From an uncultured Phycisphaerales bacterium (GTDB lineage: Bacteria > Planctomycetota > Phycisphaerae > Tepidisphaerales > Tepidisphaeraceae), in contig CAVWLP010000002.1 of assembly GCA_963755915.1 (NCBI GenBank), forward strand, positions 4,320,001 through 4,384,000: a stretch of DNA of 64,000 bases. The letters run 5' to 3'. Numbering within the stretch: the first letter of the stretch is position 1; each line of letters begins with the position of its first letter. The notes beneath the pieces were generated by a model, which saw nothing but the letters and a program-made list of their open reading frames with translations, was not told the DNA's origin and did not search any database. Shown here piece by piece: positions 50,956 to 62,414 of the stretch. A program made the position numbers and the translations under genes.

Positions 50956-53676
50956 ATGAAGCTCGCCAGAACACGTTTGCCGCGCAAATTTTCCCCTTTC
51001 GCAAATTTCTACGAAAGTCTGGAGAAGCGGCTCATGTTTACGGCCGCGCTGCCGGAGCTGCCGCAGGTCGTCGCGCCGGCGAGCAATCCCACCCTGCCTT
51101 CGGGGTTTGATACGTTTGTGCCGCCTGCAACGCTAACAACGCCTTCGGCCGGAACACCGCAAATCGCCGGCGCCACCAACTCGGCCGACCCCGGTGACAC
51201 CATCGCCGTAAGCGATGTCAACATTTCGGCGCTGCCTGCTTCCGACAAGGATTCCGACAGTGAATTCGTAACCTACGGCCAGACGACCGCCTCCAACGGC
51301 CAGCTCGTCGAAGACACCATCCAGCAATTGGGCCCGAACACCGCCTCGGTGACTTTGGCCTCCGATAATACCCCGGATTCGATGTACTTCCTCTGGGCCG
51401 GCAACGCGAACGGATTCAGCGCGCCGGTAGCGATCAACAAAACCGACGCCATGTGGGTCGGGCCGAACCAGGCAACCGCCGGGCAGACGATTTCCGTCTA
51501 CGGTCAGAACCTCACCTTCACCGCCACCGATGGAAAATCCTGGGTCTACATCACCCAGGCCGGCAGCAACTCCGGCCAGTGGGCCTCCGTCGTCAGCGCA
51601 AATCCGTATTGCGTCACCTTCGTCGTCCCACAAAATCTTTCCGCCGGAAGCTACCAGGTCTGGGTCCATAACGGCCACGGCGGCGTCTATGGCTGGAGCA
51701 GCCCGGTCACCCTCACCGTGAATGCACCCGTCGCCGCCAGCACCCAGGTTTTCAACGTGCTCAACTACGGTGCGGTCGGCAACGGAACCACGGACGACAC
51801 CGCCGCCTTCAACGCCGCGATCAGCGCCGCCTCAAAATATCCCGGAGCCACCGTTTACGTCCCCACCGGAACCTACGTCATCAGCCAGATCACCATCGGC
51901 AATCTCCAGCTCGTCGGTGACGGGCAGGGAAAATCCGTGCTGCTGGGCGCGCCAACGTCGTCCCCCTCCGTCGCCATGGTCTGGCTCAATTCCAATACGC
52001 AGATCAGCAATCTGACGCTTGATTCCAACAACGTGGGATATTCCGATCTGATGTACGGAAGGTTCAGGACCAACCTGCAATTCACCGACGTTACCTTCAA
52101 CGCCCATCTCACCCAGTACTTCGACATCCACGCCGACAATCTCGTTTCTTTCACCGGCTGCAACATGATCGGCGACGGTGCGTTCCTTGGAACCGCCTCG
52201 CAGCTTTTCTTCAACGATTGCAATTTCTACGGTACCAACGACGCCAACACCCTGCTGTATTCCTGGGGGGGAACCGGCATCAGCATCACCGGCTGCACGG
52301 CGCAGGATTATAACGATTCCAATCCCAATTCGGGGGCGGGCTGGGCAAAGGGGCGCTTCTTTGTCGCAAGTCCCAATTGGGGACCCGTGGATGACATCTA
52401 CATTGCCGACAACACCACCATTGCCCTGGGCGTCCGTCCGACCTATCCGGATCAGAACGTGGGCGAACAGCTTTTGTTTGAGGGCAACAACATCTACTCT
52501 GATCCGGGGGCCGTGTTTGTCGCGGCGACCCAAAGCAGCGTAACTCTCTCGGGGCTGCCCAGCTCATTTTCCGCAACTGGATATGAAGTAATAATCATGG
52601 GCGGCGATGGCGTGGGGGAGCATCTGCCCATCGCCTCCTATAACGCCGCAACCGGACTCATTACGCTCGATGGCGCCTGGGCCGTCGTACCCGACTCCAC
52701 CAGTATCGTTCGCCTTGGAATGATCGACGACGGAATCGTGATTTATCAGAACAGTCTTTCCGGCAAAGGTTCGGTGACAACGACCGCGTCAGCCGGTGTG
52801 GAATTCTGGGGCGGAGCCATCGACGCCGTCGTCGCTTCCAACACGATCAATAACGTCGATACCGGCATATTCGATGACAGCCTGGATTCCGGTGGAAACA
52901 GCGAGCCGGACTACTGGAATTTATACCAGAATAACACCATTACAAATTCGGTCACTGGAATTGTCATCGCCAACGACGGTACCGGCGGCCAGGCCGGCGC
53001 CTTTGGCGATATCGCTCGCAGCAATCAAATCACCACCATGAGCAATTCCGGCTTTACGATTTCCGACGATAATGCAACCCAGGCGAGCGAGTATTATCTC
53101 ATCCTCGAAGACAACACGGTCACCAATGCAAAAACTGCCGTCTGGATCGTCGAGGCGCCATCCCTTCCCGCGAACCCCGCCGCGGTTACTCAACTTCTGC
53201 TCGTTGGCAATACGTTTGTCTCAGGAGCGGATACCCCCGCCGGGGCGGCCGCCGTCGACGTGAACGAAACGGCGGATATCACTCAGGATGGCAATACTTT
53301 CGAGAATTATCCGCAATCGTATGCCGGCGACGCCGCGTCGGCCCTGCTGCAACCGGTTTCCACGGCGCCCTCGGATAATCTGCTGTCGGTTCCGGCGAAT
53401 GTCGTTGCGACCGTGCCTACCGGCGCTGGTTCGACAGAGACTGCGGATACGACCTCAAGCTCCACATCCGATCAGTCGTCGAGCAGCACCTCAAACGAAA
53501 GCAACACAAACGCTTCGACGTCACAAACCCAACCGCCCCGCAAAACCTCCAGGTTGAGCTGGGTCGCGGTCACCGCCGCCGGTTCAACGCCCACGACCAT
53601 GACCTCGGATGACCTGAAAAAACTCCACCAGGCCACCGCGATTTTAGCTTCCAACACGCACGTTCTGGCGGCATAG
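50956..53676 (+). CDS. Extracellular beta-helix (pectate_lyase_3/GH55-like N-motif) protein with LEPR-XLL-like N-terminus and IPT-like domain
   Basis: YESLEKRLMF; GQTISVYGQNL; FNVLNYGAVGNGTTDDTAAFNAAI...TVYVPTGTY; repeated NTI beta-helix turns; Ser/Thr-rich tail. Confidence 0.78.
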   Translation: MKLARTRLPRKFSPFANFYESLEKRLMFTAALPELPQVVAPASNPTLPSGFDTFVPPATLTTPSAGTPQIAGATNSADPGDTIAVSDVNISALPASDKDSDSEFVTYGQTTASNGQLVEDTIQQLGPNTASVTLASDNTPDSMYFLWAGNANGFSAPVAINKTDAMWVGPNQATAGQTISVYGQNLTFTATDGKSWVYITQAGSNSGQWASVVSANPYCVTFVVPQNLSAGSYQVWVHNGHGGVYGWSSPVTLTVNAPVAASTQVFNVLNYGAVGNGTTDDTAAFNAAISAASKYPGATVYVPTGTYVISQITIGNLQLVGDGQGKSVLLGAPTSSPSVAMVWLNSNTQISNLTLDSNNVGYSDLMYGRFRTNLQFTDVTFNAHLTQYFDIHADNLVSFTGCNMIGDGAFLGTASQLFFNDCNFYGTNDANTLLYSWGGTGISITGCTAQDYNDSNPNSGAGWAKGRFFVASPNWGPVDDIYIADNTTIALGVRPTYPDQNVGEQLLFEGNNIYSDPGAVFVAATQSSVTLSGLPSSFSATGYEVIIMGGDGVGEHLPIASYNAATGLITLDGAWAVVPDSTSIVRLGMIDDGIVIYQNSLSGKGSVTTTASAGVEFWGGAIDAVVASNTINNVDTGIFDDSLDSGGNSEPDYWNLYQNNTITNSVTGIVIANDGTGGQAGAFGDIARSNQITTMSNSGFTISDDNATQASEYYLILEDNTVTNAKTAVWIVEAPSLPANPAAVTQLLLVGNTFVSGADTPAGAAAVDVNETADITQDGNTFENYPQSYAGDAASALLQPVSTAPSDNLLSVPANVVATVPTGAGSTETADTTSSSTSDQSSSSTSNESNTNASTSQTQPPRKTSRLSWVAVTAAGSTPTTMTSDDLKKLHQATAILASNTHVLAA

Positions 53677-53785
53677 CCGGCCGATCCCTTATGATGGCCG
53701 ACGATTCGCGTGGGATATCGAAAACGCCTATCGGCAAATGTGGCGCATTTGTCTCACCCGGATCTTCGAACCCCGCCCCCCAGCC

Positions 53786-55521
53786 ATGAATTGCAAAGAT
53801 ATCCGTAACGCCGCTCTGTGCGCACTGGTCGTCCTGGCCGCGTTCTTCCTGACCAATCCCTTCGTCCAGATTCCCTTCAACGACGACTGGATGTATTCCT
53901 ATACAGTTCGGCAATTGGCGCAGACCGGAAAACTCGTTTATTGCGGCGAGTCGGCTGGTTTTCTGATGCAAGCCGGTTGGGGCGCCGCTGTTGCCCGCAT
54001 TTTCCACTTCTCTTTTGTCTCGCTCCGCTTCTCCACCCTCCCCTTTTCCATGACCTGCGCGGCATTGTGTTATCTGCTGGCCCGGCGGGCAAACCTCGAT
54101 CATAAAAATGCATTTTTCGTTGCCATCCTTCTTGCCCTTTCACCGCTGTTTCTTCCTCTCGCCGCCTCTTTCATGACCGATGTGCCCGCGCTCGCCTGTA
54201 TTCTTCTTTCTCTCTACTGCCTCGCACAGTCGCTGGAAAGCCAACGCCCCTGGGTTTGGCTCGCCGCGGCATACATCGCCGCCCTCGTCGGAGGGCTCGA
54301 TCGTCAAATCGTCTGGATCGTTCCCCTCACCTGCGGTCCCTACGTTGCATGCCTGCGGCGAAAAGATCCCGCCGTTCTATTCGTTTCCGCCCTCGGTTTC
54401 GCGGGAAACCTGGTCGTCGCCTTCGCCTTCACCGCATGGTTCGCCGACCGGCCTGGCGTCGTCACCGACTGGACATTTTCCCACACCATTCAAGTCGCCA
54501 AAACCGTTTGGGCCGATTCCCTGATTATTTGGCTATGCGTCTGGTTGACAACACTGCTTTTGATCCTCCCTGCCGCCATTCCAGTCGTCTGGTCGTCGAT
54601 CGCGCAAACCTGCAATCATCTTCGCGGCCGCCGAGGTCTCTTGGCCGCCTCAATCGCCGTCGCCATCGCTCTACTTTCCGTACACTGGCCTGCGATGTCA
54701 ATCGAGCCCTGGCTCGGCGACGTGGTCTCGCCGCGCGGACCGCTTTCCGGCATGGAACTTTCCGGATACCGCCCCGTTTCCCAGCCCCCTTTCTTGCGCA
54801 CCTTGTTCGGAATTCTGGTCATCATCGCCGCCTGGTCGCTGCTCACCGATTTAGCCGACCGATGCTTCCACCCCCGCCTTTTCCCAACCCCAAAAAACGC
54901 GCCGCCCGTTGTCGTCATGATGCTTATCTTCGACACCGTTTATCTCGTTCTTCTGGCCTACCGCGCCCGCGCGGATTCATATACGATCGCTACGCCCTGC
55001 CCCTGATCCCCTGCGCCGCGATCCCCTTGCTCCTGAAATCCCAAAATCAACGCTGTCCGATTCCCATAAAAATCCTCGTCTGGACAATGCTCGCCCTCTG
55101 GAGCATCTACGGCATCGCCGCAACACAAGACGTACACGCGCTTCAATGGGCACGCCGAACCGCCATGGATCGCCTCCTCCGCGCCGGCAATCCCGACACC
55201 TCAATCGCCGACGGCAGCGAATTCGACAACTGGACGCAGCTCCTCCACCAGGGATACGTCAACATTCCCGGCATCAATTCCCCGCCCGGAAAATACAACC
55301 CCGCCCTCGGCATTTGCCCCGCCCTCCGCCCGCTCTATAGCGTCGAATTCCTCCCCACTCCCGACACCGCTCCATCCGAATTCGGCTCGGTCGATTACAT
55401 TTCCTGGCTTCCCCCCTTCCACCGGCGAATATTCATCGATCGTTTCCGCGATCCCTACTGGCTCAATCCAAATAACAATACTCCTCCGCCGAAGGACTTC
55501 GAGGATTTCCATATGCACTGA
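53786..55521 (+). CDS. GT-C (PMT_2/ArnT-like) membrane glycosyltransferase, paralog 1; frameshift near 54967
   Basis: PFNDDWMY, SLRFSTL, SPLFLPLAASFMTDVP, YDRY, C-terminal SWLPPFHRRIFID. Confidence 0.75.
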
Positions 55522-55582
55522 AGATCGCTCCACCGCCCCAGCTTGCGATACACCTCCCGCGCTTGTAGGGTTTCACCCATTC

Positions 55583-57342
55583 ATGTCACGCCACGATGCG
55601 CACAACGGGCTGCTTTGTGCGGCGGCAGTCGTCGTCGCCATATTTATTACCAATCCATTCGTTCAAATGCCCTTCAACGATGACTGGACCTATGCCTTCT
55701 CCGTCCACGAATTGCTCCGCATCGGCCAAATGACCTACCACTGCGGCGAATCCGCCGCCTTCCTCACCCAGGCCTATTGGGGTCTCCTCTTCGTCAAATT
55801 ATTCGGCTTCTCCTTCGTGACCCTTCGCCTCTCCACCTTGCCCTGGGCCATCGGATCCGTACTCGTCTGTTACTTCCTCGCCCGCGAGGCCGGCCTCGAA
55901 ACCGCCCCCGCGCTTCTGGCCACCCTCCTCTTCGGCCTCTCCCCACTTTTCCTTCCCCTGGCCACATCGTTCATGTCCGATGTACCCTCCGAATTCGCGA
56001 TTCTGCTCTCGATCTACGCCCTCACCCGCGCCGCCCGCGCCCCCACTCGCCGCCACTGCATCGCCCTTCTGATCCTGGCATTTATCACCACTCTATTAGG
56101 CGGACTAAGCCGGCAGATCATCTGGATCATCCCCCTCACCGCCGGAATCCAGGTCGCATTTCTGCGCCGCCGCGAAAAGCCGATTCTTTTTGTCTCGCTC
56201 GTCGGCATCTCCGCCAACATCTTCGCCGCCTACGTTTCAGCTCGCTGGTTTTACACTCAGCCCTTCGTCGTGAAAGAATGGACGTTTTCGCAAAGCGTTA
56301 GCGCCGCCTCCCACAACTGGCAATATCTGCTCGCCCTCTGGTCCTACCTCTGGCTCACAACGCTGCTCCTCATCATCCCCGCCTCCCTCCCCGCCGCGTG
56401 GGTCGCACTCCATCAAACCCTGCATAACCTCCGCGGCCGCCGCGGCATCATCGCCGCCGCCGTTGCCGTCTTCATCGCCTTCGCGTCGATCCAGTGGCCC
56501 GCACTCTCCCTCGCTCCCTGGCTCGGCGACATCGTATCCCGTCGCGGCGTTCTCTGGGGGATGGAACTCTCCGGCCACCGCCCCCTCTCCATCCCCACCC
56601 CCCTCGGCGAAGTCCTCGCCCTCATCGTCATCTTTCTGGCCTGGATTTTCCTCACCGATCTCGCCGACCGCGCCTTCCATTCCCATCTCCTCCATCGCAC
56701 CGCCGCATTCTGTTTCCCCGCGAACAATCGCATCGCACTCCCCGCGCTTCTTCTCTTCGCCGCCGCCTATCTCGCCCTTCTCGCCTATCGCACCCCGCGA
56801 GAATTCATCTACGACCGCTACACCCTCCCCCTCATCCCCTGCTTCGCGATTCCTCTACTGTTGAGGTATCAGCATTCCCCAAAACCAATCATCTCCCTTT
56901 CATGGACCTTGCTCGCCCTCTGGAGTATTTATGCCGTCATCACCACGCAGGACGTCCATGCACTCCAGGCCGCCCGCCGATCCGCTCTCGACCGCCTCTT
57001 CGCCGCCGGCGTCCCCGACACCGCCATCGCCTGCGGCTCAGAATACGACAACTGGACCCAGCTTTTGCAGACCGGCTATATCAACGTCCCCATGATCAAT
57101 TCCCCGCCCGGAAAATACGACCCCACCCTCGCCGGATGCTTCAGCCTCCGACCCAAATACCGCGTCGAATTCCAGCCCGCCGCGAAACCGAACCCTCCCC
57201 ATTCGGCGTCATCGACTACCTCTCCTGGCTCCCCCCCTTTCATCGCCGCATTTTCATCGACCAGTACCACGATCCGCTCTGGCTCAATCCCAACAGTCAT
57301 CTCCCCCCGCCCATCAATTATGAAGACCACCACTTCGACTAA
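55583..57342 (+). CDS. GT-C membrane glycosyltransferase, paralog 2; frameshift near 57180
   Basis: PFNDDWTY, SFMSDVP, YDRY; the true C-terminus SWLPPFHRRIFID...EDHHFD lies in the frame ending at 57342. Confidence 0.75.
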
Positions 57343-59100
57343 TCCCCGCTCCAGCGACTCGCGGATCGCCTTGCTATGCGCCGTCCTGACCGTCCTCGCG
57401 TTCCTGTCCGTCAACCCCTTCGTGGAAATGCCTTTCGACGACGACTGGTCCTACGCCTGGACCGTCAAACAATTCCTCGCCACCGGCCACATCCTCTATC
57501 ACGGCTGGAGCACCGCCGCGATTATTACCCACGTCCTCTGGGGCGCCCTCTTCGCAAAAATCTTCGGCTTCTCCTTCACCGTCCTCCGCTTCAGCACCCT
57601 GCCCCTCGCCGCCGCCTCAGTCGCCCTCTCTTATCTCCTCGCCCGCAAGGCCGGTCTTTCCACAAAATCCTCTCTCTTCGTCGCCATGACCCTCGCCCTC
57701 TCTCCCGTCTTTCTCCCGTTGGCGACCTCCTTCATGACCGACGTCCCCGGCCTTTTCTTCATCCTCTTTTCCCTTTACTGCCTCGTCCTCGCCTGCATCA
57801 CACAACGAAGTGCCCTCTGGATCATCCTCGCCGTCGTCGCCTCGATGCTCGGCGGCATGGGCCGCCAGGTCGATTGGCTCGTCACCCTCGCCCTCCTCCC
57901 CTACGTCGCATTCCTCCTCCGCCGCCGGCTTCGACTCGTCGCCATGTGCGCCATCGGTTGGCTGCTCGTCGTCGCCAATGCGGCCCTCACCACCGCATGG
58001 TTCAACCATCAGCCCGACGTCATGATTGATCGCCCCTTTCACCAGTCCCTCGTCCAGGTCGCTTTCGAGCCCACAGGCGTGCTCATCGCCCTATTAAAAA
58101 TCGCTCTCACCACCATCCTCCTCTCCCTTCCCGCTGCCATCCCATTTTGCCTGAGCGTCGCCCGGCGAACCTGGCGCGAAAGGCGCGGCCGGCTCGGGTT
58201 CATCGTCGTCATCGCCCTGCTGCTCATTTCCGCCGCCCTTCTCCTCTGGCCCACCCTCGATTTCGAACCCTGGGTCGGCAACATCCTCACCCCCAAAGGC
58301 GTCCTCGGAGACATCGAACTCGCCGGCAACCGCCCCACCGCCCAACCTCAAATCCTTTCAGACATTCTCAGCGCCGCATGTCACATCGCCTTCGGCCTGA
58401 TTCTCATCGCCGTCCTTGATTGGCTCTCCCGCCCCGCGCTGGCGTTCAAAATTTCCGCCAATTCTTCGCCGCCTCCGATGGCCAGGTCGCCCTGCCCATG
58501 ATCGCCATTTTCACCGCGGCTTATCTGTTCGCACTTATCCCCCGGATCTCAGAATCCCTCATTTTCGACCGCTATCTGATCGAGCTCTTCCCGTTACTCG
58601 CCATCGCTCTCCTCCGCCGCTTTCCCTCCCCCGGCGCAGCCCCGATTCTCCTTTTATGCATCTACGCCGCCTTCGCCCTCGCATCCACGCAGGATGTTCT
58701 CGCCCTCGGCCGCGCCCGTTTCGCCGCCGCTCAGCGCCTCCAGGCCGCCGGCGTTCCCAGAACCGCTTTTGTCGATGGATTCGAATTCAATTTCTGGACC
58801 CAGCTCCAGGCCCAGGGCTATATCAACCGCGCCGCCGTCGCAAACACCACCCACCCCTACAACCAGTTCATCGGCATGAAGCCCGCAATCCTCCCCCGCT
58901 ATCGCATCGAACACAATCCGCGCTCCGGCGAAACGCAGCCCAGCCCCTTCGGCTCAATCCATTACATTTCCTGGCTGCCCCCATTTCATCGCAGAATCGA
59001 TATCGACGAATTCCGCAATCCCTGGTGGCTCGATCCAAATCGGAAAACGACCGAGCCGATTCCCAGATACTGGGAAGACTACGAAGCTTATTTCAACTAG
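57320..59100 (+). CDS. GT-C membrane glycosyltransferase, paralog 3; frameshift near 58450
   Basis: PFDDDWSY, SFMTDVP, FDRY, SWLPPFHRRIDID. Confidence 0.75.
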
Positions 59101-59162
59101 CGTTCCTCGGCCTTGGCATGATTTGACGTACAATAGAGCTATTGTCACTGGAGATTTTGTCG

Positions 59163-59726
59163 GTGCGGAAACTCTCGCTGTTGTTTCTTCTGGTAATGGT
59201 TGGTTGCACAGCACGGACCGCCAATCCTGGAAGTCAAGCGCCGGCTACTCGCACTTCGACTCAGCCTTCGGATAATGGACGCAACGAAAAGATTGCATCA
59301 AACTTTCGTTCCATCGCGATGGAATTGTTGCTCTTCATCGATAACCATAACGGCAGGTTTCCCGGCGATTTGGGCGAGCTTTCGATCGACAATTTTGATC
59401 CCCCGCAGCTTTTTGTGCTTCCCCAAGCCGAAAACCGGGTCCCGACAAATTGGCAGGAAATGAGTTTTCCCCATCGCGCAAAATGGATCAACCGTAATTC
59501 CGCGTTCACCTATCTTGGAGGAGGCCTCGTGTTCGGAAGGGATTATTCATCGCTGACGTCTTTGCCGCCTGACAAGATTGTGATCGCATATCAAAATATT
59601 CAAACGTCAACGCGCGGAATTTACATGCTTTACATGGACATGCATGTCGAATTTGATGCATCGGATCTAGCCGGTCAGCGGCTTTCCGACACAAACGCGT
59701 TTCTTCAGCGCATCAATCCGAATTGA
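59163..59726 (+). CDS. Putative lipoprotein with a DUF1559-like core
   Basis: Lipobox-like LVMVGC; NFRSIAMELLLFIDNHNGRFP and MLYMDMHVEF parallel the DUF1559 motifs at 9613-10611. Confidence 0.6.
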   Translation: MRKLSLLFLLVMVGCTARTANPGSQAPATRTSTQPSDNGRNEKIASNFRSIAMELLLFIDNHNGRFPGDLGELSIDNFDPPQLFVLPQAENRVPTNWQEMSFPHRAKWINRNSAFTYLGGGLVFGRDYSSLTSLPPDKIVIAYQNIQTSTRGIYMLYMDMHVEFDASDLAGQRLSDTNAFLQRINPN

Positions 59727-59794
59727 ATTGGCTTAAGGGGCGGCCGATGACGAGGCGATGAACTTCGTCACAACTCTCTCCGCCTTGGGGGTGT

Positions 59795-61931
59795 CTATTT
59801 CAGACTTTCCAAAATCGCATTCTTCACATTCGTCGGCACCGGCGCATACCGCAACGGCTCCATTACCGAGCTGGCCCGGCCCGTGCTCATCGAACGAAGT
59901 TCGGTCGTGTACCCGAACATTTCGCTCAGCGGAACTTCCGCTTCCACGATCCGCGTGTTGCCACGCTGATCGCTGTTGACGATCATCCCGCGGCGGCGAT
60001 TCAAATCGCCGGTGACGTTGCCCACGAATTCCTCGGGCGTCGTCACGACGACTTTCATGATCGGCTCCAGCAGCGTCAGCCCCGCCTTCTGGCACGCCTC
60101 TTTGAACGCGATCTGCCCCGCCAGTTCGAACGCGATCTGCGAGCTGTCCACCGGGTGATAGCTGCCGTCGGTCAGCGTCACTTTCACGTTGATCAGCGGA
60201 TAATTCGCCAGCACGCCCGTCTTGGCGGCCATGCGGGCGCCGTACTCGATCGACGGGATGTATTCCTTGGGAATCGACCCGCCGAACACCTTGTTTTCGA
60301 ACGCGAAGCCGTCTTTCCAGCCCCATTTCTTGAGGGTCTCGGGATCGACGCCAGTGCCGTTGAACGGCTCGATGTTGATCGTGCAGTCGCCGTACTGGCC
60401 GCGACCGCCGGATTGCTTGACGTGCTTGCCGCGAATATGGCTCGCCGAGCCGATGATCGTTTCCTTATACGCCACCTTCGGCCGGCCGACGTTCACCTCG
60501 ACCTTGTGATCGCGCGTGAGCTTGATTCCGGAGGATTTCCAGGTGAAGCTCGCCCATGCCGGCGATGATGGTCTGGCCGGTTTCTTCATCGTAATTGGCC
60601 TGGAACGTCGGGTCTTCGCGCTTGAGGGTTGTGAGCGCCTCGCCGAGTTTCTGCTTGTCGGCGGCGGTCTTGGGCTCGATGGACATGCTGATGACCGGCT
60701 CGGGGAAAGTCGGCCGTGTCCAGGATGATCGGATGATCCTGGTCGCAAAGCGTGTCGCCGGTCAGAGCATCCTTGACGCCGATACACGCGACGATGTCGC
60801 CGGCCTCGGCAACGTCGATAGGATTTCGGTCGGCGGCGTGCATCTGGAACATCCGGCTGATGTTCTCGCGCTTGTTGCGGTTGCTGTTGAGAACGCGGCT
60901 GCCCTTTTCGAGCCTGCCGCTGTAGACGCGAACGTAGGTCAGATCGCCGTGCTGGTCGTTGACGATTTTGAACGCCAGGCCGCAGAACGGCTCATCCGGA
61001 TTCGGATGCCGCTCGATGATCTTCTCCGGGTCCTTCACGTCGTGCCCCTTGATGGCCGGCATATCGATCGGGGCGGGCAGATAATCGATGACGCCGTCGA
61101 GCAGGCGCTGAACGCCGACGTATTTCAGGGCCGACCCGTAGAACACCGGATGCAATTTGAAGCTGATCGTGGCCGCGCGCAGGGCCTTGCGCAGCTCGTC
61201 CTCGGTCGGCTCCTGACTGTTGAGATATTTCTCCATCAGGTGGTCGTCGGTCTCGGCGACTTTTTCGATCAGATCGTGACGCCACTTTTCGTAGCGCTCT
61301 TTTTCGTCCGCGGGGATCGGCTTTTCGATGATGGTCATGCCCCGGTCCTTGTCGTCGCCCGACGTTGTAATACAGGGCCACGCCGCGGATCAGATCGATC
61401 ATTCCTTTGAATGTGTTGCTCTGTCCGATAGGAATTTGCACGGCCACGGCCGGAGCGCCAAGCCGTTCGCGGATGGAATTGAAGCTGAAGTCAAAATCGG
61501 CGCCGACCTTGTCCATCTTGTTGATGAAACAGACGCGCGGAACGTTGTACTTGGTGGCCTGCCGCCAGACGGTTTCCGATTGGGCTTCGACGCCTTCCTT
61601 GCCGTCGAACACAGCCACCGCGCCGTCGAGCACGCGCAGCGAGCGTTCCACCTCCGCGGTGAAATCGACGTGGCCGGGCGTGTCGATCAGGTTGATCGTG
61701 TATCGTCTCGCCGTTGCGGTCCCACGGACAGGTGGTGGCGGCGGAGTTGATCGTGATGCCGCGCTTCTGCTCTTCCTCGTCAAAGTCCATGACGGCGGTG
61801 CCTTCATGTACCTCGCCCATCTTGTGGATCTTCCCGGTGTAATAGAGGATGCGCTCGGAGACGGTGGTTTTGCCCGCGTCGATGTGGGCGGCAATGCCGA
61901 TGTTACGAATTTTGGAAAGATCGCGAGCCAT
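59795..61931 (-). CDS. fusA: Elongation factor G; four frameshifts (~61705, ~61360, ~60715, ~60525)
   Basis: [78 protein letters not shown]. Confidence 0.95.
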
Positions 61932-62414
61932 AAAAATTTCCTGCTACTCCTGGAGAAATCGATATCGACAGTACGACCCACCGCCGACCAAAGTTTGCCC
62001 AAACCCACACCTGCGGGCCGTCGAAAGAGCGAAGTAATGTAATCGTAGTCCGACAATCGTCAAGCCGACGCGCCCTGCTGGGAATCAAATCGACGCCTTT
62101 CAGGCCGAAAATAAAAAAGAGGATCGCAATTTTTGTGAAATTGGTGCCTAATTTAAGTGGGGTTAAACCTTTAAGCCTATCCCGCATAGGGGCGGTTCCC
62201 TTAACTCTCTGGCAAACGCAGGCCGATAAGACTAAAAGCCGGAAATAGTCGTTCGTTGGGCATATACAGGGAATTTCATCCATACTTAAGCAGCCATGGC
62301 CAGAAGCGTTTAAACCCCGTTTTCTCTGAGCAGCCCACCCTCACGGGCAGCCAGCGGCGGTCCCAGCCAACAACTATTTCCTTAAAAATGGCGTATTACT
62401 CATGTAGGAAACTC

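Noticed and set aside
55583-58501. 972-aa ORF that looks like a double GT-C fusion
   Set aside because: A frameshift near 57180 joins paralog 2 to paralog 3. The conserved C-terminus of paralog 2 is in another frame ending at 57342.
59795-61931. fusA and pntB as pseudogenes or programmed-frameshift genes
   Set aside because: Motifs are intact and similar indels occur throughout the window, consistent with sequencing error.
61932-62414. Possible c-di-GMP or cobalamin riboswitch in the fusA/GH intergenic region
   Set aside because: Only short fragments (ggcaaac, ggtgcc) and small hairpins; the conserved cores are missing.
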